A stretch of 16,009 nucleotides of DNA, taken from an uncultured bacterium (lineage in GTDB: Bacteria; Hydrogenedentota; Hydrogenedentia; Hydrogenedentales; JAEUWI01). Location of the stretch: NCBI GenBank assembly GCA_963977445.1, contig CAXBPH010000156.1:1-16009 (forward strand), in the 5' to 3' direction. Below the pieces are notes generated by a model. That model did not search any database. It was not told the origin of the DNA and saw only the letters and a program-made list of their open reading frames with translations. The translations under genes were made by a program, and so were the position numbers. Each line of letters starts with the position of its first letter. The first letter of the stretch is position 1. Positions 1 through 7,622 of this stretch are shown here, piece after piece.

Positions 1-625
1 TTGGGCCCTGCTGAGCTTCGTGCCCCACCCCGATGTCGATGGCGTAAGTTTTGATCGCCAAAAGAACATCGTAAACTGGTTTGACCACAAATTCCTGCCC
101 ATGAAAGAAGAGGGACAGTATTTCGATCCCGAAGGGCTCCTCAGCACGATCCCCGCAGTCGCCACGGGTCTTATTGGTCTCTTTGCCGGGCTCCTCATGG
201 TCACGCCCCGATTTGGCCCTTGGAAGCGTTTCGGACTCTATCTAGGTGCTGGCATTCTCCTCGTGGCCCTCGGTTACGGCCTCGGCTATCAGACACCCAT
301 CATAAAACGACTATGGACGTCTTCCTACGTGTTGGTGGCCGGTGGCTACAGCCTTCTTCTGCTGAGTTTTTTCTATCTGGTGGTCGATATCTTTAAACTG
401 CAGAAATGGGCCCTGCCCTTTATCTGGATAGGGGCCAATCCGTTGATGATTTATCTCGGCACGGAGTTTATCGACTTCCACGACATGGCCGAGCGCATTC
501 TCGGCGGCCCCATTGCGGCCCGCATGGGAAACTATGGCGAGCTGGTCATCACCACGGTGGGCATTGGATTTGTGCTGATTTTTGCCCGGCTCATGTACCA
601 GAAGAAGATTTTTCTCCGCGTATAG
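1..625 (+). CDS. HGSNAT/NagX-like (DUF5009-type) membrane acyltransferase, 5' truncated by window edge
   Basis: Frame open from the window start to TAG 623-625. Family-typical motifs FDPEGLLSTIPA, PIIKRLWTSSYVL, IGANPLMIY and C-terminal KKIFLRV; several hydrophobic helices. GTG at 20 is probably internal. Confidence 0.85.
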   Translation, partial: WALLSFVPHPDVDGVSFDRQKNIVNWFDHKFLPMKEEGQYFDPEGLLSTIPAVATGLIGLFAGLLMVTPRFGPWKRFGLYLGAGILLVALGYGLGYQTPIIKRLWTSSYVLVAGGYSLLLLSFFYLVVDIFKLQKWALPFIWIGANPLMIYLGTEFIDFHDMAERILGGPIAARMGNYGELVITTVGIGFVLIFARLMYQKKIFLRV

Positions 626-628
626 CCA

Positions 629-2314
629 TCAGCCCCGTATGAAGAGCGCCATCACCACGGCGGCTACCAGCAGCGCGCAGGCCACCGCGTCGCGACGGTT
701 CAGGGAATCGTCGTGGTGGCGCGCACGGAGATAGTCGAGCACCAGTCCCGTCGGACAGCCATATTTGCAATAGGCCTGGGGCACGAAGGCGGACGCCCCC
801 AGACCGACCACGGCAATAACGAGTGTCGCCAGACCACCAATGCCAAATATCCACGCGTCGAAGGCCTCCAGGGCCGACAGACTCACGGGGAGCTGTAGGG
901 TGGCGATGGCAATGCCCGCCCCAAGAATTAGCAATGGCAGCATCGTCAGGTAGCGATGAACGCGACCGGGCACCTGGAGTCGTCCCGGAATCAATCGATA
1001 GAGAAACAACTGGGCCGCACCATGAGGGCACAGGTGCTGGCAATAGACGGGCTTGCCACTGAGCCAGGGGAGCACCAGTGCGGCGGCCACGAGTGCGACC
1101 AGTCCGGGGGCCATCTTGAGGGGGACGCTGCCCGTTGCCCAACCCCCGAGCACGGCCAGGGAAACCATGTCGCCCGCCCAGAGTCCCAATACAACGACGA
1201 GATAGAGGTGGAGGGCCGTGCGGGCGTATCGGCTTGCCCGGAATCGGGTGAAGGCTACGAAACAGCCCAGAACGATGGCGAGGAACGTGGCACCGTCGCG
1301 CCATTTGGGTTGAATCCACGGCGAAGTCTCGCTCTCTTTTTTCGGGCCCCCCAGGATGGACTGGGCACGGAGAATTACCCCTTCCATCACCGCGCCGCTC
1401 GTCATGGTCGCCCCGGAGACGCCGTCCGCCCATACCTGATCTTTATCGAGGGCCGCGAGATCCGCCAGGGACTTTCCCTGGTGGCGATTGCGAAAATAGG
1501 CATCGTCGCGCACGTAGTCGGCGTAGCGTTGGTTGTCATAGGTCGCCCCCAGCGATATACCCGCCACGTTGCCGTCCGGGGTGAGTCCAATGAGGGTGTC
1601 GGAGGGGCCCTGATAGCCCGCAATAGCATCGGCCTCGGGCGACGTGCGAAAAATATGGCCGATGGTTGTTCCCCGTTCATCGAGGACGAGGAGGCCATCT
1701 TCGGGAGCCTCGGCCGCAGACACCTTGTGGGCCTCGGCGAAGATTCGCTGCACATCGTCGAGACGCAGACCATCGGGGAACTTCAGCGACGGCGGATGGC
1801 CACCCAGCCGCAGGGCCACCGACTCAATAATGGCCAGACTCGTGAGGGTCGCGCCAGAGACGCCATCGACGGCCGCCACGTCATTGTCGGCACCCAGTTG
1901 CCACCCCACAAAGCCCGCGAAGAAGGTGGGGGACTTACGGACGGCATCACTGTGTTCCGGCGTGTCGCCGCTCCAGAGCAATTGGGTACCCGTTACCGTG
2001 CCCGTGTCATCGATGGCGACGAGCACATCGGAAGGGCCCGAATAGCCAATGACTTTCTCGCTCACCGGCAAGGTCTTCACCACAAATCCCAGGAGCCCTT
2101 CCGATTCATCGAACACGGTCGTGAGGTCGTCGCCCGGACGCAGCGCGAAGGCCCCGGGATAGAGCGCGACGGTATCATCGAGGAGAATGGAAACGCCCCC
2201 TGTGGCATGGCCATGGCCGTTCATGCGCACCACGAGGAGCACCGACACCAGTATCAATGCGCGAAACAAACGCACCGCCCAGGGGCGCAGCTTGTGGTGT
2301 TTTTCCATACTCAT
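629..2314 (-). CDS. NosR/NirI-like membrane protein: two FMN-binding (flavinylation) domains plus a C-terminal membrane domain with two CX3CP motifs
   Basis: N-terminal TM anchor. Duplicated domain (IGYSGPSDVLVAID / AGYQGPSDTLIGLT), each copy carrying DGVSGAT (1847-1867 and 1406-1426). TM region with YCQHLCPHG and YCKYGCPTG. Start is 2314 or 2308. Confidence 0.85.
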   Translation of the reverse strand: MSMEKHHKLRPWAVRLFRALILVSVLLVVRMNGHGHATGGVSILLDDTVALYPGAFALRPGDDLTTVFDESEGLLGFVVKTLPVSEKVIGYSGPSDVLVAIDDTGTVTGTQLLWSGDTPEHSDAVRKSPTFFAGFVGWQLGADNDVAAVDGVSGATLTSLAIIESVALRLGGHPPSLKFPDGLRLDDVQRIFAEAHKVSAAEAPEDGLLVLDERGTTIGHIFRTSPEADAIAGYQGPSDTLIGLTPDGNVAGISLGATYDNQRYADYVRDDAYFRNRHQGKSLADLAALDKDQVWADGVSGATMTSGAVMEGVILRAQSILGGPKKESETSPWIQPKWRDGATFLAIVLGCFVAFTRFRASRYARTALHLYLVVVLGLWAGDMVSLAVLGGWATGSVPLKMAPGLVALVAAALVLPWLSGKPVYCQHLCPHGAAQLFLYRLIPGRLQVPGRVHRYLTMLPLLILGAGIAIATLQLPVSLSALEAFDAWIFGIGGLATLVIAVVGLGASAFVPQAYCKYGCPTGLVLDYLRARHHDDSLNRRDAVACALLVAAVVMALFIRG

Positions 2315-2356
2315 GGCTGCCTTAACGGTACCTTATTATGCCGATGGGCGAGGGGG

Positions 2357-4666
2357 CTATTCCTTCACCCGAATCAATTGGACCGCATCGGTGTGGACCG
2401 CACCATTGGCACCATTCGCATCGACCGTGACAACGGGCTGCTCACCCGCCTTGAAGGCAAATACGCCCAGGGACTGAAAGCCTTTTTCACCCGTGGGCGC
2501 TTCTTTCATGTTCACGGTCACGGACACGTCGCCCTCGGCGCTGTGAACGATGAGGGTCGCGTTGGACGCACGATTTTCGTGGGGCTGGTGGGCATGGAGC
2601 ACTTCGTAGCGCCCGGCGGCTTCAATGTTGGCGCTGTAGGTGGCGGTGGAATTCCCGGCGCCGTAAACGTAGCCATAGCCCACAAAACCCGCCAGGCCCG
2701 TGCTGACGGACCAGGTGCCCGTCTTTGATGCGGCCTCATCGTCGATCACGATCCCCGAAAGGGTCGAGGGGTCAATACCGAGATAGGGTCCCAGGGCCGA
2801 AGCGCGCGTCATGGCATCATCGGGAATGATGAAGTCCGCCGCCAGATTGGGGCGGTGGGCTTTGCCCGGTAAATCGAGCATGGAAAGCAATTGGGGCAGG
2901 TGGTCTTCATACACGCCCCGGGGCAAGGTGTCGTGTTCGATGCAGATAGACGCCGCCTTGCCAACGACCTCGCCCACCATGCCCAGGGTCTGCATCACCC
3001 GTACCGTCCCCAGGGCTTCGTGGGTCACACTGATGTCCCGACCGGCCATGAAGAGGTTCTCGATATTGCGCGAATAGAAGCAGCGATAGGGAACGGCGTA
3101 TCCGTAGAGGCGATCCACATCACGGCCATGTACCGCATAGGAAATAAAGGGATTGTCCGGATACTTCTCCATGTATTGCTCTTTGGGATAGTGCAAATCG
3201 ATGGACCAGGTGCTCGGCACGACTCCGTCGGGGAATTCCCGCTTGGACGTGATATCCGTCTTGGACAGCAACACGTCGCCCATGAGCCGACGGGATTCAC
3301 GGGGTCCCCCCACAAAGGCGAGCCACTCCATGTAGGCGTTTTTATGCTCGGCAGCACCATCACGATTCTTCATGGCGTTGAAGGCCCCATAGGCCGCCCG
3401 AAAATTCCAATCGCGGATGCCCTCGGCGTCACCCACCGGGTCCTTGTCATAGCCCCCTTCCCAAAACCACTCCGCATGATGATCACGGGGGTAGGGGAAG
3501 TCCTTCATCTCCAGATCCAGCGCCCAGGGGGTATCGGGGAAGGCCACGGGCCCTTCCGCTTCGGCCCAGCGCCACATGTTGCTCATGCCCATGCGGCCTT
3601 TCGGCGTCATTTCCCAGAACGCTCCCGCCAGGACACCAATGGTGCCGTGGCCCGTGCAATCCACGAAGAGGGGTGCCTTAAATTCCTTGCGCGCCGACGT
3701 GCGCGTGTCAAAGGCAAAGACACTCGTGATACGTTCGCCATCCATGGTCAGGTCATAGGCATGGTGATTCAGGAAAAGGTCGAGGTTCTCTTCCGCCCGG
3801 ACGATAGCCTCTTTCTTGGCGTCTTCAAACTCTTCCGCCTGCCCCGGTGACCGGGTGGCGCTATCTCGTATTTCTTCGATGATTTCATCGATGCGGGGGA
3901 ACTTACCCCGACGGACGAGGCCCTTCGCCCACCCCCGGACCTCCGACGAGCCATTGCCGCCCAAGACCGGGCGATTCTGAATCAGGGCCACCTTGATGCC
4001 CATGCGCGCGGCAGAAATGGCACTGCCCATACCCGCATAGCCGCCGCCGATCACCACCAGGTCATAGTCACCCAACACCTCCGGTGATTCGGGCAGACCC
4101 AACTGGGTGCGTCGCCAGTCTCCAAGAATCTCGCCCGTATTCGGCGGCGTATCCGTTTTGTCCGTCGTAAAATAGAGGGCATCTACCCGGCCATCGAAAC
4201 CCGTCATATCCTGCAAGGCCACCACCGCCGACGTGCCCACCGAAACGGTGCCGCCATATTCCCAATGCCATTCCGTACCCTCATCGCCAAAGACTTCATC
4301 CAGCACCGTGCCATCAATCGCCACACGGAACTTGCCCGGCGCACCGGGGGCTTCCCAGCGGGCCACCCAGTCCTTCGTACGGACGTAAACGTGATAGTCG
4401 CCCGCCTCGGGGAAGGCAATCGTGTCGCTCGCCTCGGCAACCGGGGTGCCCATGCCATGGGCCAGCAGATAGGGCGAGCCCATCTCCTCAATAAACTGCG
4501 TGTCCAGCATCCAGCCGCCATGGGAAGCCAGGCTCTCGGCCTCCACCAGTAGAGACGCCGCCTGGGCCACGGGGGCAAAGGAGAAGCCTGCCATGAAAAC
4601 CAGGGTCATTAATCTGAAAGAAAAGTAAGGGCTAAATTTCCGAAGCGGGAACATAAGCGTAATCAT
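2357..4666 (-). CDS. Secreted FAD-dependent oxidoreductase (FAD_oxidored family) with CBM/golvesin-like accessory domains
   Basis: GAGG SD upstream of ATG 4666; signal-peptide-like N-terminus ending AQA-A. Rossmann motif DLVVIGGGYAG plus LGGNGSSE, FVDCTGHG, GPRESRRLMGD and NLFMAGRDIS. C-terminal IVIDDEAASKTGTW...DAVQLI resembles a golvesin/xanthan-lyase CBM domain. Confidence 0.88.
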   Translation of the reverse strand: MITLMFPLRKFSPYFSFRLMTLVFMAGFSFAPVAQAASLLVEAESLASHGGWMLDTQFIEEMGSPYLLAHGMGTPVAEASDTIAFPEAGDYHVYVRTKDWVARWEAPGAPGKFRVAIDGTVLDEVFGDEGTEWHWEYGGTVSVGTSAVVALQDMTGFDGRVDALYFTTDKTDTPPNTGEILGDWRRTQLGLPESPEVLGDYDLVVIGGGYAGMGSAISAARMGIKVALIQNRPVLGGNGSSEVRGWAKGLVRRGKFPRIDEIIEEIRDSATRSPGQAEEFEDAKKEAIVRAEENLDLFLNHHAYDLTMDGERITSVFAFDTRTSARKEFKAPLFVDCTGHGTIGVLAGAFWEMTPKGRMGMSNMWRWAEAEGPVAFPDTPWALDLEMKDFPYPRDHHAEWFWEGGYDKDPVGDAEGIRDWNFRAAYGAFNAMKNRDGAAEHKNAYMEWLAFVGGPRESRRLMGDVLLSKTDITSKREFPDGVVPSTWSIDLHYPKEQYMEKYPDNPFISYAVHGRDVDRLYGYAVPYRCFYSRNIENLFMAGRDISVTHEALGTVRVMQTLGMVGEVVGKAASICIEHDTLPRGVYEDHLPQLLSMLDLPGKAHRPNLAADFIIPDDAMTRASALGPYLGIDPSTLSGIVIDDEAASKTGTWSVSTGLAGFVGYGYVYGAGNSTATYSANIEAAGRYEVLHAHQPHENRASNATLIVHSAEGDVSVTVNMKEAPTGEKGFQSLGVFAFKAGEQPVVTVDANGANGAVHTDAVQLIRVKE

Positions 4667-4768
4667 GAAGTTTCCTCGTCAACAATGCACTGCCTGGCGA
4701 TCAATTCACCACTCACAACATCTCCTAGTGTACGGAATAGCGGTCGGACGTTGCGAGTCAACGTAATA

Positions 4769-4793
4769 CGGGACTCAGACATTCCTGTCTGAG
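4769..4793 (+). repeat. REP palindrome 1
   Basis: CGGGA-CTCAGACA-TTCC-TGTCTGAG; perfect 8-bp stem, 4-nt loop. Confidence 0.9.
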
Positions 4794-4917
4794 ATACAGC
4801 CCACTTCAATTAGCAGAAGGCACCGTAGTGATGTACATGAACCACAACTTTCCAAAGCAGCAGCCCGAAAGCAACTAGGCCACCAAAGGGGGGTGGGTGT
4901 CGCGAGTCGACGCTATA

Positions 4918-4942
4918 CGGGGCTCAGACATTCCTGTCTGAG
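4918..4942 (+). repeat. REP palindrome 2
   Basis: CGGGG-CTCAGACA-TTCC-TGTCTGAG. Confidence 0.9.
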
Positions 4943-5076
4943 ATACAGCCCACTTCAATTACTAGAAGGCAACGTAATGATGTACATGAACCACAACTTG
5001 CCAAAGCAGCAGCCCGAAAACAACGACGTCACCATAAACGGCAACACCATCCCCCGACGACAATGCTGCAAACTCG

Positions 5077-5101
5077 CTCAGACAGGAATGTCTGAGTCCC
5101 G
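5077..5101 (-). repeat. REP palindrome 3 (inverted), abutting the RAYT stop codon
   Basis: Minus strand reads TAG-CGGGA-CTCAGACA-TTCC-TGTCTGAG, identical to REP 1 over 25 nt. Confidence 0.9.
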
Positions 5102-5806
5102 CTATTTGTCAAAATCACCACTCCATTCACGTATCTGGCCTTCAATGCCCGAGAACTCGTGGTAGAAAAACTCACCATCGCGAAGTCCGGCCGTTACCGG
5201 ATTCTCTCTAATATACCCATAGCAACGGGCGAGATGATCTGGATTTCGAATTGACGTATCGCGTGACTCGTCCATCCAGAGTGTGCCGCGCCGTCCCAGA
5301 TGCACATTTATCTTTCGCGCGGCGCTACCCTTCCAGGCCTTCAACAGTTCTGGAAGCACCGTATTGCCGCGTAATTGAAACAGCGCGTGCACATGATTTG
5401 GCATCACAATAAACGACGCCATATCGTAGCGTGTCCCGTCAAAGCGAAGCATCACCTGCGCCAGAATATCCGAACAGGCCGGTTCACGCGGCACGCACGC
5501 GCCATATCCCGCGTCCAGCCACGTCTCCAAGCGTCGGGGAAAGGCCTGCTGGTATTCTTCCCGGATATTCGGGGTCCATGGTTTAGGGTGCTTCTCCAGC
5601 CAGAGTCGTCGTTCCGCATGCCATTGCCGGAGCAGGGGCTGTGGTAGCGAGTCCGCCAGACGCCACGTGACGAAGTATAGCCCCTCATTCAACTGCCAAT
5701 GGGGTAGGTAACGGCGCGTGGCCTCCACCGCAGAACGGCGGGGAAGAAAATTCGAAAACGACGGAGTTTCCTTGGGTTCTTCTTGGTCCGGTATTCTATC
5801 CATCAT
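5102..5806 (-). CDS. rayT: REP-associated tyrosine transposase (RAYT / TnpA-REP, HUH Y1 family)
   Basis: N-terminal LPHW...YFVTWRLADSLP, HUH motif VMPNHVHAL (HVH at 5387-5395), WKGSAARKIN, catalytic YIRENP (5198-5215). SD GGAGG at 5811-5815 fits the second ATG (5803) better. REPs flank both sides. Confidence 0.9.
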   Translation of the reverse strand: MMDRIPDQEEPKETPSFSNFLPRRSAVEATRRYLPHWQLNEGLYFVTWRLADSLPQPLLRQWHAERRLWLEKHPKPWTPNIREEYQQAFPRRLETWLDAGYGACVPREPACSDILAQVMLRFDGTRYDMASFIVMPNHVHALFQLRGNTVLPELLKAWKGSAARKINVHLGRRGTLWMDESRDTSIRNPDHLARCYGYIRENPVTAGLRDGEFFYHEFSGIEGQIREWSGDFDK

Positions 5807-5923
5807 GCTGCCTCCCTGTCATGGTAGTGAAGGGTTATCGTGACCTCAAAGGCACATCCAATGCAAGCGGGTGCTCAGACGCCGGTCAATACCCCCACCG
5901 CCCCGTTGCTCGCCGCGCCGCTT

Positions 5924-5948
5924 CTCAGACAAGAATGTCCGAGTCCCG
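5924..5948 (-). repeat. REP palindrome 4 (inverted, two substitutions)
   Basis: Minus strand CGGGA-CTCGGACA-TTCT-TGTCTGAG. Confidence 0.85.
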
Positions 5949-5973
5949 TGGGACTCAGGCATTCCTGCCTGAG
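5948..5973 (+). repeat. REP palindrome 5 with GTGG foot
   Basis: GTGGGA-CTCAGGCA-TTCC-TGCCTGAG; compensatory A-T to G-C change keeps the stem perfect. Confidence 0.88.
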
Positions 5974-6082
5974 CAAATCGTTCCGTTGCAAAATCAAGGT
6001 CCAATAGTGAATAGTGAGGAAGTTACGTAAGGCAGGTCCCGGCACTTTTGCCGCTGTACGCTATTGAAGGAGAACGCACCCT

Positions 6083-7261
6083 ATGTTACCCATGATGATA
6101 CTAATGGCCGCCCTGGGCACCTTGCCCGGCGAACCCCTGTTGGCGGCGGTGGATGCCGTCCATGTGAAGGCCTATTACGAGCCGGGACGTTTTGGCGGGT
6201 GGCCGGCGAACTATGGCATGTGGAATTGGGACAACGAAATCCTGGTGGGCTACAGCAAGGGCTACGACAAGGACCTGGGTGCCACGGCGCACCACATTGA
6301 TCGGGAAAAGCCCGAAGAGTTCTGGTTTGCCCGCAGTCTCGATGGGGGGCTGACGTGGACCCATGAACATCCCGCAGAACAGGGCCAGATGATTCCCCGG
6401 GGCGTGGCCCTCCACGGCACAGAGACGCCGGGCCTGGCGCTGCCGGAGGTGGTGGACCAGACCGAGCCCATGGACTTTTCCAATCCCGATTTCTGCCTCA
6501 CCTTCCGCATGGAAGATTATCACGGCGGCGTGTCGCGCTATGAGTATTCCTATGACCGAGGTAAGACGTGGACGGGGCCCTTTGCCCTCCCTGATTTCGG
6601 CACGGCCGGCACGGCTGCGCGGACGGATTACATCATCAACGGCAAGCATGATATGTACATCTTCATCACCGTGGCGAAGGAGAACAAGCGCGAGGGTCGG
6701 CCTATGGTCGCGCGCACGGAAGATGGTGGGGTGACGTGGTGGTTCGTTTCGTGGATTGGGCCGGAACCGGCGGGCTTTGCCATCATGCCGTCGACCTTGC
6801 GCCTTTCCGAGCGGGAGTATCTGACGACCCTCCGGTGTCGCGAGGGGACCTTTCGCTGGATCGAGCAATGGCGTAGCACGGACCATGCAAAAACGTGGGT
6901 CCAAGAGGCCAACCCCGTTGATTATCTGGGCGAGGGCAACCCGCCCATGTTGAATCAGCTCCCTGACGGCAAGCTGTGTCTGACCTATGGTTTTCGGGCC
7001 TACCCCTTTGGTATTCGTGCACGGCTCAGCACCGATAGCGGCACGACGTGGGGACCCGAGATTATCATTCGAAACGACGGCATCGATCGGGACGTGGGCT
7101 ACGTCCGCAGCATAGTGCGCCCCGATGGCAAGGTGGTGACGACCTATTACATCAGCGACCAGAAAACGGGTCCCGAACGGTATATTGGTGCGACCATCTG
7201 GGACCCGAACAATCTGGCACCCATCACCAGTGGCGAAGTTGAGCGTCAGTTGGGCTTCTAA
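6083..7261 (+). CDS. Secreted BNR/Asp-box beta-propeller protein (exo-alpha-sialidase-like)
   Basis: SD AAGGAG 6067-6072; hydrophobic signal-like N-terminus. Five Asp boxes (SLDGGLTW, SYDRGKTW, TEDGGVTW, STDHAKTW, STDSGTTW) and DVGY near the C-terminus. Substrate unknown. Confidence 0.85.
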   Translation: MLPMMILMAALGTLPGEPLLAAVDAVHVKAYYEPGRFGGWPANYGMWNWDNEILVGYSKGYDKDLGATAHHIDREKPEEFWFARSLDGGLTWTHEHPAEQGQMIPRGVALHGTETPGLALPEVVDQTEPMDFSNPDFCLTFRMEDYHGGVSRYEYSYDRGKTWTGPFALPDFGTAGTAARTDYIINGKHDMYIFITVAKENKREGRPMVARTEDGGVTWWFVSWIGPEPAGFAIMPSTLRLSEREYLTTLRCREGTFRWIEQWRSTDHAKTWVQEANPVDYLGEGNPPMLNQLPDGKLCLTYGFRAYPFGIRARLSTDSGTTWGPEIIIRNDGIDRDVGYVRSIVRPDGKVVTTYYISDQKTGPERYIGATIWDPNNLAPITSGEVERQLGF

Positions 7262-7300
7262 AGTTCCGAAGCGTGTAGTGAGAATCGTATAATTTCATTG

Positions 7301-7345
7301 TGGGCGTCCCGCGTTTTTGAAACGACGGTGACGCCCAAATTTTTG
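7301..7345 (+). terminator. Hairpin after the sialidase-like gene; possible intrinsic terminator
   Basis: TGGGCGTC (7301-7308) pairs with GACGCCCA (7330-7337), inner CCG-CGTTT / AAACG-A-CGG, followed by AATTTTT. Confidence 0.55.
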
Positions 7346-7622
7346 AGTTTATGGTCAGCTAATGGGTGCCCAAAAAGACTCACTTCGCCAAAATAAACTG
7401 AACCCATCAATCGTGCCGCGCGATCTGGTACTCCAGTTCGTGCGAAGGGACTGTGGGACGTCGTTGCTTTGTCGATTTATCTGCGAAAAGTTGCGTGACG
7501 ACATGATTCGCAAGAACCCGTCGAGTAATCCTTTTACCTCCGGAACTTGAACTATCGAATATATCATCCTCACCAATTGCCCAAGACCACCTTGTTTCGG
7601 GCGCAGCGCAGCGCCGCTTTAC

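Larger units (their letters stand above)
4753..5024. repeat. Tandem direct repeat, period 149 bp (4753-4875 vs 4902-5024), each unit containing one REP palindrome
   Basis: Manual ungapped alignment shows about 10 mismatches over 123 bp; weaker similarity continues to about 4885/5034. Confidence 0.95.

Noticed and set aside
956..2728. 590-aa plus-strand ORF, and other long antisense ORFs such as 2891-3850, 6101-6904 and 14105-14737
   Set aside because: Antisense shadows of well-supported genes in GC-rich DNA; no recognisable motifs.
4769..5101. REP copies read as a CRISPR array
   Set aside because: Mixed orientation, intervening sequences over 120 bp and near-identical rather than unique, no cas genes; the RAYT explains the palindromes.
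4828..5165. Small ORFs in the tandem repeat (VMYMNHNFPKQQPESN* and the 90-aa ORF 4893-5165)
   Set aside because: The stop is not shared between copies, differences are mostly non-synonymous, and the longer ORF runs through REPs into rayT antisense.
5102..5806. IS200/IS605 insertion sequence
   Set aside because: No tnpB; YIxxNP and LPHW/RLADSLP motifs with multiple flanking REPs fit a RAYT better.
6003..6016. AATAGTG x2 tandem heptamer upstream of the sialidase-like gene
   Set aside because: Too short to separate from chance; no matching copy flanking the RAYT locus to call a target-site duplication.
6040..6055. Sigma54 -24/-12-like CGGCAC-N7-GC
   Set aside because: GG-N10-GC spacing is right, but the TT before GC is missing and the start site would fall on the SD; such matches are frequent in GC-rich DNA.
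7355..7576. 73-aa minus and 62-aa plus ORFs in the gap
   Set aside because: No SD, no recognisable motif, mutually overlapping.
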